From: Chromera velia
Taxonomy: Eukaryota
Length of the DNA stretch: 64,000 bases
Reading direction: 5' to 3'
Assembly: GCA_018398765.1 (NCBI GenBank)
Contig: JAHBMJ010000410.1
Location: 1-64,000, forward strand
Below the pieces are notes generated by a model. The model was given only the letters and a program-made list of their open reading frames with translations. It made no database searches and was not told the DNA's origin. The number at the start of each line of letters is the position of its first letter. Positions within the stretch are counted from its first letter, which is position 1. The position numbers and the translations under genes are program-made. Shown here one piece after another: positions 13,401 through 25,148 of this stretch.

Positions 13401-16400
13401 TATGCATCCTGCCGTCACCCTCTGAGGGGCGGTCCCTGGTCTGCAGGGTCCCACCCTGCATCTCTCCACCCGTCATAGGGGCACAAATACGATTGGAGGA
13501 GCGCGGCTCAACCGTGACTCTCTCCCCCGGCCTACCCCATCGACGGAGGTAGGCTTCCCTCAACTTAGTTATCCGGGAGGTGTGCTGGTCTGACCAATCA
13601 GACACATCCACATCTCCCTGGACGAAATCTCGGACCCTGTTGCGCAACTCAGGGTCCCTTTCCATGGACCTTACGTCCTTGATGGCCCTGTCTTCCTCCT
13701 CCCTGCACGTAGCCATGTACTGGGCCTGCATTCTTTCGAGAGGTCCTTCTGGGTAGCCGTCCCTAATAGGAGGGACATTTACCTAGCTCCTGTGAATCAA
13801 GTGACCCCTACCAGGGGGCTCCACAAGATCCCCAGCCAGTGAGGGGTGGACATCACCGTCTTCATCTCCTGATTCAGACGCGATGGGCGTAGAAACGTTG
13901 TCATCAGATTCAGGGGCGGCCTAAGCAGTGGCAGCTATAGGCGCAACAATCTGTGATAGCTGCGTTGACGGGCATAGAAGGCTGGAGGAGGAAGGGGCAG
14001 GTGGTGGAGCGGAGGAGGACGCAGCCATACTGTCCCCCCCCACTGCTTGAGCGTCCTCAAGCGATCTCTGTAGGGCAATCTGCATCTGCTGCTCCTCTTT
14101 CTCCTCCCTACTCTTCCTTCTTTCCTCCTTCTTTTCCATCAACAACCGAGCTCGTCTATAGTGCTCCTTTTCATGCTGCCTCCGCAGCTTCCTTCTAAGC
14201 TGCTGAGCTTCCCTCCCAATCCGATTAGCCAACCTCCTCCTCACGTCATTCAATTGGACGCTTGGCCCAAGGACATCAGGGTCCTGGATCTCCTCTTCCC
14301 TTCTGACCTCCTCCCTCCATCTCTCAATGAGCACCCCCTCTCTTCTTCTGTTAAAGACAGATAGGGAGCGGGCCTTAGGAGGTCTCATCTGGTCCTCCCC
14401 TAGGTAGGCGGCGGCCTCAGCATATTGCTATAAAACTAGAGAAGGACCAGAGACCTCAGGCTGCAGATCCGCCCATACCCTTGGATTGATCCTGTGCGGC
14501 CACATCGTGTCACTCTGCGGGATAGCGGAGGCGTACCTACTCTCCGCGTAGATACAATCCTTGCCTCTGTAAGGTTGGGGGTCTCCGGGATCAGACTCCA
14601 CCCTGACGTCACAGGTGGCAGTCGATCGGGAGAGAGATCGGATGACTAAGTCTGCCTCAGCACTTGGGACAGTGCGAATGAAGCAAACTTGCTGATCCTC
14701 CCCCTTCCTGGTAAGACTCCTTCCCCTCACCTGGTGCCTTTCTCGGGCAAACCGCGCTCCCTCGTACCGCGTGAAGGATGCATCCGAGATGACCCTCCGA
14801 TTAACCCGCCTTCCTCCCTTCTCCCCCTCATCTATACGTTGACGCAGGGCATATGGTGGGAGGCCTTGGATGACCTGCTGAAAAAGGACATCCACCCCCC
14901 CAATATGCACCTGCTCCCCCTGGTCATTTTCTTCGAAGAGAGCTGGCTGCTCTTCCTCATGTGCGTCAAGGAATTCTCCGAAAGTGGAGAACGACTGAGG
15001 GGGTATGAGAAGACCCCCGAAGAGACAGGGGACGTCCACGTGCAGATATCAGGAGAAGGCGCCATCGGTCGGCTGAACCTGCCGATCAAACACCTCCTCC
15101 TCATGAGGGAACCCTGGATCATCCAGGATGTTCGCCTTATTACCATCTAGGTAATCGCGAACAGCCTAGTCGGGGAGGGTGACCGGTCCCCAAGGGCACA
15201 TAACCGTGTTATCCCCCGGGGTAATTCCCAGCACATGCAGGGAATTGAACCGGCCATCTCCTACGCCATAAGCCGGCCGAAGGCCCTGACCGCAGCCTCC
15301 CCCTCCTCCTCGCGTGTTGCCTCTCAGGGTCCTCAGACCCGGAGAGGATGATCGGTTACTACCACTTCCTCCTCCTCTGCCTCCCCCTGGGCTGTTTCCT
15401 CTTCCCCCACCAGGGGAGCCACCTCTGCCACCTCCAGACCCACCGCCTCGACCCCCCGGGCCCCCTCCATGGCCCCCCCCACTCATGCGTTGATGGCCTG
15501 GCTTGTGCTTATGGTCTCTGGCAGGGCACATAGAGCGTTTGTGCCCTAACTAACCACAGCCATCACACGTCATATCATAGTAGGGGCAGTGACGAAAAGG
15601 GCCGGGAGAGTGCCCTGCAGAAGTGACCCCGTCACTCCTGCCACACCTTTTGCAGACGTACTTACTCCCTTCCTTCTTTACCCCCCAAAACTGCTGGTTC
15701 TTACGCTTCCACCGGACCGGGTGAGGGCAGTTGTCAGTGGGCTTAGAAGGACGGAGGTCGTCTCCATCACTCCTGCCTCCAGGGCTACCCGACCCACCCG
15801 TTTTCCCCTGCTTTCTGGGACTTGCAGGAGCAGGAGAGCAGGAGTGCCCCCTCGGGGGCACGTGGGCCAGACCAAGGAATAGGACATTCTGGCTTTGTTG
15901 GCCCACTCCCGTGATATGGGTAGCCATCTCCACGAGGTCCTTCATGAGTCGGTATGAGACGGGGCCGGATGTGGCGATGAGGGAGTTTGTTTCAAGGGTT
16001 TTGGCAAACTCCTCAACCATCCTCCTCAGAGGACGGTATAACTTGACGTCCACCCCCTTGTACTGGCCCCATGAGTGGAGGAGGGAATCAGGGATGGGGC
16101 CCCCCAACATACACCCCCAAATGGCGTCGGGAACGAGGCCATTTAGGAGGTAGGTGTTGACGGTGGTTATCATGACATCCAGGTAGGCGAGGAGCTCCTG
16201 GAATGTCTTGAAGGTCTTCCGCATGACTGCCTGCTGGACCAACTATGTGTACAACAATCTCTCCTCCCTCTCAAGGTAGGTGAGAAAGTAGTTGATCAGC
16301 AGGACATGTGAATAGTTATGCAGTTCGAGGATGTCGCGGGGGGGTCTCTGAAGGATTTCCTCCCATGAGAGATAGGGGATTTCCATCTTGGATTCCCCCC

Positions 16401-17352
16401 CTCCACCTCCACCACCGCCCTCCTCGGAGGGACCCTTCTCCTTCTCCCTGCCCTCGGGCTCCGTCCCTTCCTCTTGCTTGATGGACACCACCTGCCCATC
16501 AGCGGTGGCGACATCGAGTTTCGGATTTGATGCCCCCAACTGCTGACCAAAGTTTTGAACGAGGGATAGGGACAGGTCCTTTGGGAGATTCTCAGTCTTC
16601 AACCCTGTAGCAACACTGTCAACAATCTTGTCAACAGTGATGGTCACAGTTTGCCCCTCCCCCGACCCAGGAATAGTAACTGCCTGAAGCTGTCCCCCCC
16701 CTAACGCATCGGAGAGGAGGGACCTCATATACGCCTTTAGGGCTTCCTGAGATGCAGAGAAGGGAACAAGGGTGGAAAAGGCATCAGTAGGGAGTAAGGA
16801 TAGTGGCGTACTTGAGGAGGATGACGATGCTGCTGCTTCTGGGGCCTTAGCCGGCCGTAGTGGAGGCAGCAACACGCCATCCTCGGGAACCTCCTCGGAG
16901 GTCCCCCCCAGACCAAATCCCGTCGGAGGGCGCTGGAGTCTCTTCCTCTCCTCTGTCAATTTGTTTAGACAGATTGAGAAGATGGAGCATGGTCGGGCGT
17001 TGTAAGCCTTGAGGTACTCCTCAGAGATCTCCCTGTCTGCCCCCTCCAACTGGTACATCTGCTGCTTCTTTGTCTCGATAACAGAGAGGTACCCAGGGAT
17101 TTTGATCTGGGTGCGAAGCGCCGAGAGCTCTGCGGTGGCGAGGCTCACAACCCGATACCCCGCCCCCAGCTCCTTCAACGACTTCACCACCGATCTCGCT
17201 CGCCACTCGGAAACTTGAATCCTCACATCATGGAGCCACCTTATCCATATGGTGGACTCATTGACGGGAGAAAGCTGTAATGGTAGGGGGCCCTCAGGCG
17301 CCCTACCTCCGCCAGTCTCCATCGGAGTGCGAGCCTCAGACTCAACCTGCAT
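4462..17352 (-). pseudogene. gag-pol polyprotein, single frame of ~4,296 codons interrupted by ~30 in-frame stops
   Basis: All long minus-strand ORFs from 16243..17439 down to 4462..4734 share one frame. Motifs: CCHC knuckle CDGCG*LGHKRSMC (15526-15567); protease GVDSAC (~12220); integrase HRRFAH...CRVC, IEIDT, VCDLANEF, RTERAN (ORF 10405..11808); RT KARFFGKGF, DVTAAFL, LYGL, WIDD; RNase H FTDC, GELMA, HIDC, ANILTK. Confidence 0.9.
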
Positions 17353-17423
17353 GAATACACGTGCGTGCGAGAGGGAGGGTGTATGAGTGAGAATGTGAGT
17401 GTATTTGCCGGAATGAACCGTCA

Positions 17424-17441
17424 CTCCCTCAAACGGCACCA
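17424..17441 (-). promoter_or_regulatory. Primer-binding site TGGTGCCGTTTGAGGGAG (tRNA-His-like)
   Basis: TGG-starting sequence directly after the 5' LTR. Its complement ...ACGGCACCA matches the typical eukaryotic tRNA-His 3' end. The host tRNA itself was not checked. Confidence 0.7.
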
Positions 17442-17962
17442 GTGAAAACGAGCACGTACCTGCATGCTCTCAGAATGTGGGGCTGGCTCACCAGTGTCAG
17501 GTCCCAATGACCTCTACACTCATAGGTAAGGCCCAGTCTCTATCAGGACCGATACGGAGACTGGGCCGGTCTTCTCAGAGAACATATGTCTAATAATCTC
17601 ACTCTGTAGGACTTTATGTAACCCTAGAGTCCTCCCTGACACATATCGCACACAGAACATATAAAGGTATGTCAGTACAGACCTACATAATTATACAACA
17701 TCTATGGACATCTGACTGTCTATCTGATTGATCAGGTGGCTCGGGAATAACGGTCAAGAATTTTTCGTGACACACCCTCCTGCATGCACACTTGGCAACG
17801 ATCCTATGGTACTGCGATCCGTGCAGCACAGAGCCGTGCCGATATAAATCCTAATCATAAATGATGTCCTGGTCCGGCTCACCGGCCAGGATCCCAGCGT
17901 ACGTCACCCTGCCAGGCCCGGCCACTGCTCCCGCCATGACCTAGGACCCGCGCGGTCTGACA
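17441..17962 (-). repeat. 5' LTR of the giant copia element
   Basis: Matches 3241-3768 with one 6-bp indel; in element sense it begins TGTCAGAC and ends TTTTCACT. Confidence 0.95.
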
Positions 17963-18174
17963 CTTTTCATACAAAAAATATAAAGGATGGTTAAGAACAT
18001 ATAAGAAAATTAATTATGTCATGGATTTAAATTTTCTTAAACTTAGTTTTCATTCTACAGTGTTTTTTAGAAAACACATGAAATCTTATATACATCCGGG
18101 TTATCTCCTCCCTGACTACATGTGAGTACACTTTTCTGTGTGGCTTCAATCCACTTTAAGGAGCCATATAGTAT

Positions 18175-18660
18175 GCGTCAACCATGCAGTTCAATTTTTT
18201 CTTGCTTTTCAGGGCCGTTCGCAAGCTTGTTTGCGTCAAATGTATGCAGTGTCTTTTACTAAAAAAGGGCTCCGGAAAGATCCCGCCCAAATAGTCTAGA
18301 AAAGCGTGATCGAACCCGTCGCCATGCATGCATGTGTCAGATGGGTGGCCCCGGAAAGTGACCGTGGAAAGGCTAAATTTGCGGCATGCGTGCGTCAGAT
18401 AGGTTTGTATACCTACCCTACAGCTAGGCTTTTTTCCCGGGGAAGGGGGGGTTCCGCGGCTTTTCCCGCGGGGGGGNNNNNNNNNNNNNNNNNNNNNNNN
18501 NNNNNNNNNNNNNNNNNNNNNNNNNNNNNNNNNNNNNNNNNNGGGGGGGGGGATCGGCGCGACCGCCCGTGGCCGGCGTGCGTCAATCGTGCAGTTCTCA
18601 TTTTTCTTGCCTTCCGGGGCCGTTCGCAAGCTTGCTGCATGGCCTTGCGACTTAAGTTTG
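18175..18660. repeat. GC-rich dispersed repeat with poly-G tract (inverted copy of the family at 34160-35010)
   Basis: 18240-18640 is the reverse complement of segments of 34160-35010. Shared motifs include GGCCGTTCGCAAGCTTG and GTGCAGTTCTCATTTTTCTTG; an N gap falls in the G run. Confidence 0.85.
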
Positions 18661-18829
18661 TATATAGTTACTTTTTGCGCTTCGGTTCCGCGCGCAAAGC
18701 GCGCGAACTCATGCACTACTAATCTTCTGTATACGCATGCATGCATGCACGTATGCATTAAAGTACGTATTCATAGAAATGTATATATAGCTGAAGACTG
18801 TCGCACATTCAATGTTCATTTTGTCTTCA

Positions 18830-20199
18830 AATGTGTCCTCTTGTGGCCCCAAAACTCCAGACATTTGGTTGATACATAGACACCACACTGGCGCATCCAA
18901 AAGAGTCACCCTGATTGCTGCCCTCTGACCGCGAGCGCGGACTGTTGTTTGCTTTGAAATCTGCTTTCTCCGTGAAGTGGCGGTCCAGCTGAAGATGATG
19001 CACCCTAGACCACAAGCCCTGTGGGCCACTTCTGTCACTATTCAATTTATGGACACGCCGACCACATTCGTTCTGCACGATTTCCTTCCTCCACTTCTTC
19101 GACAACATCTGTGGATGGAAGCAAACGATCTCAACAACTGGGGCTGTGCATTGATAGTTCGAGACAGGGAAATCCCTCCAACACGATGTGTCCCTGAGCA
19201 CGCCTTTTCCGCTGGGAGGTTCTGCATGAGACTCAAGTCCTTCTTTGAGCATTTTGAAGATTTAATAAAGCACTACGCCCCAGCCGGTTTCGAGGCTCCC
19301 CAAAGCCCCCGTCCAAAAAGTGTGCAGTCGCTGGACACGATGCGTGACCGCGTTGCTCAAACGCTGTTTTGCCCAAGCACTGGTCTTGAGCATTTTCCTG
19401 AGCATGAAAGAATCCATTTATTGGAGACTCGAGATGCTCTCCTCAGTCGGTTTGACGAATTGAAGAGAACACACCCGCATTCTACTTGGGCTCCGTATTT
19501 GAAAGAAAACAAAGAATGTCCGCTAGAAGTTCGGGAGAAGTGGTGGGTATGGTATCTTTGGATGGGTCATGTCGTGAATCAATTTCGCCACCTGCAGAAA
19601 GCATATCCCCCTCCCCTGCCTCTTGAAGAGCGTGGCACAGATGCAGGCAGCTCATGTAGCAGTGACACAGCCCCAGAAGATATTGAAGCAGAAGCCGCGG
19701 AACTCAGAGAAATGTCAGCACCTGACTTATTGGGAATTCTCTTCACATGCATACTTGCATTCGCGTTCACTTTACTTCCTTTTTTTCATTTTCTGCCTTG
19801 CCTTACCTTCTCGTTGCCTGCTTTCCACTCCCACCTTTCTCTTTGTGCCTGTTACCGCTCTTTCTGTATTCCTTCGTTCTCTTCCCTTTTGTCTCCGCCT
19901 GCATGCATTCCGTCCCTCTTCCCCGCCTTCTCACAATGTGCTGAGCAAATGCATCAGAATATTCGCATTTTTGCGGGGACGAGTGCGGCGTGTGTCCTTC
20001 TGGTCTTCTCCATTCGTGTATGTTCTTCCCCTCTCCTCAGCGTTCGTTCATGGTCACTCAAATGTGCGTGGCTGCTTCAAAACTTTCCGGCCCACTTTCT
20101 TGTTGGCTCCGTCACTCCACTTCATAGCTGTTCTTGATGTGTCACTGGCCCTCTCTCTCTCTCTCTCTCTCTCCCTCTCTCTCTTTCTCTCTCTCTTTG

Positions 20200-20233
<34 letters not shown>

Positions 20234-20251
20234 CCTCTCTGTCTCTCTCTA

Positions 20252-20320
<69 letters not shown>

Positions 20321-20365
20321 CTGTCTGTCTCTCTCTCTGTCTGTCTGTCTGTCTGTCTGTCTGTA

Positions 20366-20443
<78 letters not shown>

Positions 20444-21055
20444 AGATTATCTGTGTGACGGCCTCTGTCCTTTGACATCGCGATAACACCTGTTTACAAG
20501 TTTTTCTTTCTCTTCTTCATTGACCTTTTCTCCTATATGTACNACAGATGCAGGCAGCTCATGTAGCAGTGACACAGCCCCAGAAGATATTGAAGCAGAA
20601 GCCGCGGAACTCAGAGAAATGTCAGCACCTGACTTATTGGGAATTCTCTTCACATGCATACTTGCATTCGCGTTCACTTTACTTCCTTTTTTTCATTTTC
20701 TGCCTTGCCTTACCTTCTCGTTGCCTGCTTTCCACTCCCACCTTTCTCTTTGTGCCTGTTACCGCTCTTTCTGTATTCCTTCGTTCTCTTCCCTTTTGTC
20801 TCCGCCTGCATGCATTCCGTCCCTCTTCCCCGCCTTCTCACAATGTGCTGAGCAAATGCATCAGAATATTCGCATTTTTGCGGGGACGAGTGCGGCGTGT
20901 GTCCTTCTGGTCTTCTCCATTCGTGTATGTTCTTCCCCTCTCCTCAGCGTTCGTTCATGGTCACTCAAATGTGCGTGGCTGCTTCAAAACTTTCCGGCCC
21001 ACTTTCTTGTTGGCTCCGTCACTCCACTTCATAGCTGTTCTTGATGTGTCACTGG

Positions 21056-21142
<87 letters not shown>

Positions 21143-22927
21143 AGATTATCTGTGTGACGGCCTCTGTCCTTTGACATCGCGATAACACCTGTTTACAAGT
21201 TTTTCTTTCTCTTCTTCATTGACCTTTTCTCCTATATGTACAGACCGAAGCTGTCCACCATTTCAGCCGTTTCTCAATCTGCTCTGTTCTTCCTTGAAAC
21301 GTGCAGCGACATCCCTGAAGAGGAAAGAAGAATGTCCCTTCAGCCTGAAGCACAACTGGCCCCGTCTCCACGTATGGTGTACCAACACAACCAGCAAAGC
21401 CATGGTGCCCCCCCCTCTCAACCTCAAGCACAACTGGCCCCGCCTCCACGTATGGTGTACCAACACAACCAGCAAAGCCATGGCGCCCCCCCCTCTCAAC
21501 CTCAAGCACAACTGGCCCCGCCTCCACGTATGGTGTACCAACACAACCAGCAAAGCCATGGCGCCCCCCCCGCTCAACCTCAAGCGCAACTGGCCCCGCC
21601 TGCACGTATGGTGTACCAACACAACCAGCAAAGCCAACGCGCTCCTATCGCTCAACCTCACGCTGAGCTTCCCCTGTCTGCGCATGCCCACTGGACGGTC
21701 ACGGTTCCTTCCGGGTAAGTCAGCAATGTCGACCAGTCCGTCATTCGATGCAGTGTGCCTCTGAAGCTTACTTTTTTCTGCACGGAGCTCCAACTCGCCT
21801 TTCCGTACACGTCAAGAGTGCACTTTTCCCCCTGGGTTCTTGCGTCTTTGACTTCCATTCGGCGTTTGTCGCCTTAAACCCGCCTTTCCTGTTTCATGCA
21901 GGAAAACTTGCTCGTGATGGCTGCATCCTTGCTTCTGCTTGCGCTTTGCAGAAACGCCAGCAGTCGTCACTTTCGGCTGCTTGGACTTCCGTTCACCTGA
22001 GCAGTCAACACATGCGGGCTCGAGACACCCAGTCGGGCCCATGAAGGTCTGCAGGACAGAGGTTCCTCGGACCGCAAGGAAGAAGGAAGAGAAAACTGAA
22101 AACCCCGAGCTTGTGAGTGCAGTCCTTTCGACTTTGTTGTATCCATGCTGTTTCACCTTCAAGCGGAACTTGTGGAGAGCCACGGTAACTGGGTGGTTGG
22201 CAAGCTTATCGATGGCGCAAGGGTCGTCTGCACCAAGTCACCCAACTTCGTCAAAAAGACCAAAGCAGCAAGATTCATCCTGGAAACTGCCAAGAGTGAC
22301 TTCAAGGCTTTCATCACAGCCTATCTGAAGGCATTAAGGGGTGGTATTTTACACTGCCAGGATCAGAAACCCTATGGAATCTCTGAAGGCCTTGCCCACC
22401 TTCTCCCAGCAAAAGGTCACCGAAGCCTACCCCACCCTCCCAGGCGGGAAGGGAATCTATGTTTGCCCCCCAACTCCACTGTTCGGCAAAGCGTCGCAGC
22501 CGCGCCTTTTACTATCCGACAGACATTCACCACCGCCTACGAGCCTGCCCTCTCACAGTCAACCAAAGTCGAGGCATCCGTCAGAGCCTGCATGCCCAAT
22601 GTGCCTTTCCTTGCCGAATACTCAGACGTGGAACTCGCGCAGATCAAAAAGTATCTCATTTAGGCTGTAATGAGCAAGGTGAAAGCACCCGCTCGCAAGA
22701 TGGGAAGGAGAGCTACCCAGCAAGCACAGAAGGTTTCTGAGAAGGTAAACATAAACCTGTACACTCCCCCCCACATCAAGTCTGCAGCTGAGACCTTCGT
22801 GTCGAAGGCGAAGGGAATTCTTCAGGCAGTCGGGGGAAGCGGCACTCCCAAGGCGGTGCTTGACTTCGGTGCGCGCGTCTTGATGGTCTCTATGGGGGCA
22901 CAGTTGGAGGGGGGAGGGAGGGAGTGA
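18830..22927 (+). pseudogene. Orphan spliced coding region of unknown function, probably disrupted
   Basis: Protein-like frames at ~18830-19740, 21244-21714 (ends at a GTAAGT donor), ~21953-22112 and 22145-22927. In-frame stops at 18926 (TGA) and 22661 (TAG, KKYLI*AVMSKVK). No family recognised and the exon structure is uncertain. Confidence 0.4.
21341..21660 (+). repeat. 78-bp coding tandem repeat, ~4 copies (QPQAQLAPPPRMVYQHNQQSHGAPPS)
   Basis: Near-identical units begin at about 21341, 21419, 21497 and 21575. Confidence 0.9.
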
Positions 22928-23499
22928 AGGGAGGTATACATATAGGAAGGATTGAGGGGAGTCTGTGTGAGAACACACGTGCCAAGCCAAAGGTAGGATG
23001 CATGTTTTTTTGGAAGGATCGAACTGGGTTTTTTGCGGAGATTTATTTAAATCGATGATATGCCACACGCATCCATGCATGGGGGGGTTGCGGAATTGCA
23101 TCCACATACGCAGAATCGGGCAGGGTTTCGGACACGGGAACAAAGAGATTGCATGGATGTGAAGGCAGGGGCAGACAAGGGAATTTCAGATTCTTGGTGG
23201 GATGTGGAAGAGAAGGGTTTCAGGGGAGGGTGACAATTGCAAGTCNGGGGGGGGGGGGGGGGGATGCAAGTCATGGACAGGCTGTGACAATTGCAGTCGT
23301 CCAGCCTGGACCCTGTTTTCACCGTTGAGACGAGTGAAGAAAAACATGAGAAACAGTCAATTCCTTCTTGCTCGTCAGGGGCTCTTCTCTGTTCACATCA
23401 AAGAACTGAACAAAAGAAAAGTAGAGGGGATTCAGAGAAAAGAAAGTCCCAGAAAAACTTCTGTGGTCTCACTGTATCTGGTCTGCCACTTTATGAGGG

Positions 23500-25079
23500 A
23501 GTGAGTAAAGCAAGGGAAGAAGTTTTTGACGGGGCGACACGAGGGTTCTCTCTCACCGGGCTCCGCAGGTCCCCCCGTCAGAGTGACGCATGCAGTTTCA
23601 GTTTCGTCGCTTCACTCACTTGAACGCAACGGCACAGGCCACCGACGTCAAAAACCTGAGAAATGGGTCCATTTGTCTCTGGCACCACTCGTGAGTTAAT
23701 ACATTCTCAATAGTTAGATCCTTTCCAATTTTCTTCGTTTCCTCAGTTGGTGAATTTGTCTGTTTGCATTCCCTTCTCCCCACTGAAACTTCCGTGTGGG
23801 CACATGACACCAGATGAGGAATTTATGCATCCATCCATGCGCCTCTCCGTGCGATCATACATGCATGACTTCGCTTCTGTGCGTCTGCATCCATCTGTGC
23901 TTTCATTTGAACATCGTGCTGCCGATCAAGCGGGGTGTAAGGATGCGTCTTTGTCCCGCCCCACTCACTTTTTCTTTTTGTTTTTTTGACTTGAGAGACC
24001 ATTCTTCTTTGCTCTCCTGCCCCTGGATGCCGCAAGATTCAGGAAATTGAGCATCAGTTTCATTCAATCGCTTTTTTGATTCCGTGTCTTCATGCAGAAC
24101 TGCAAGCATGCCCCTGTCCCATGGAAGGGAACCTGACGAGAAGTTGAGCAGAGAGCCGATCAAGAAGACGGGGCGGAGGACTGAATAGAGATTCTTGGTG
24201 GCATCATTTGAATGACACCAGGAAGACCGAAGAACTTTCAAGATCCAGAGCGGAGGCTCCCATTGAGGTGGCCGTCTTCAGCGTCAGTCTCTTGAGTAGC
24301 AACTTGAAGGCAATCAAGAAATTCAGTCAGGCAGTCACAGTGATTTAGTCAGTGCGCCAATCGTTCAATCATTCTGTCAGTCAATCAATCAGTCAGTCAG
24401 TGAGTCGAGTAGTCTCTTGGGCAGTCAGACAGTCTGTCCGTAAGAAGTTTGGATCAGAAAGTTCCTTTTTCTCATTCGGAACTCCAGACCATCCTCTTTT
24501 TGAATGTCCGTTTTGTTCTCCTTTCTTCTCGTCTTTGCGCGCAGACCGTGACAGCATAGGCCCAGATGACATCACAAGGGGCTGGGGATTCGGTGAGGGG
24601 TAGTCAGCAAATCAGAAACCCCAGGGTCTATGAGAGACCAGAAAGTGATTCCACTGTCGTCTTCAGTTTTCAGCTTCATGTGCTCTGGAGAGTTTGGGAC
24701 TCACGTTTCCCATCCAGCTTTCTGTGGGTCACACTGTTGGTTGGGAGGGGTGAGGTTGGAACTTTGAAGCTTCGAACATAACTTTATGAACACACAAAAG
24801 TGAGGGGTTTTCGAAGCGAGCCAATGAAGAATCTGCTGAGAACAACAAGGATGCCGGTTGGAAATTGAGACACAACCAAGTCTCCAGGTCAGAGCGGCAG
24901 ATGAGGGCTTCTTTCCTTCCTCTTCAAATTATCGCGTGTCCTCACAGCGTTCGATCATTTTCTGCATCCCTCTCGTGACTTTCTCTCTTTTTTTCTCTTT
25001 TTTTCCCGTTCCCTGTTGATTGATCTGTTTATGTCGGTATATAGGTGCGTGTGCGTGCGTGTGCATACATGTGTGTGAA

Positions 25080-25148
<69 letters not shown>

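Larger units (their letters stand above)
3241..17962 (-). mobile_element. Giant (14.7 kb) full-length Ty1/copia-order LTR retrotransposon, inactivated by point mutations
   Basis: Direct repeats at 3241-3768 and 17441-17962; 5-bp TSD CTTTT at 3236-3240 and 17963-17967; PBS next to the 5' LTR and PPT next to the 3' LTR; minus-strand domain order gag(zinc knuckle)-PR-IN-RT-RH. Confidence 0.95.

Noticed and set aside
6838..15150. Numerous plus-strand ORFs antisense to gag-pol
   Set aside because: Expected shadows of GC-rich coding sequence, with no motifs.
4462..17352. TAG reassigned to Gln, or programmed readthrough, in the giant element
   Set aside because: TGA stops also occur at Arg/Trp positions, LTR divergence shows matching C-to-T decay, neither host gene has an internal TAG and the carrier gene ends in TAG. 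Mutation is the simpler explanation; shared TAG positions across independent copies would reopen the question.
19637..21240. ~700-900-bp tandem duplication (19637-20542 versus 20544-21240)
   Set aside because: Copies are identical outside the microsatellite and joined at a single N (20543), typical of a scaffolding overlap artefact.
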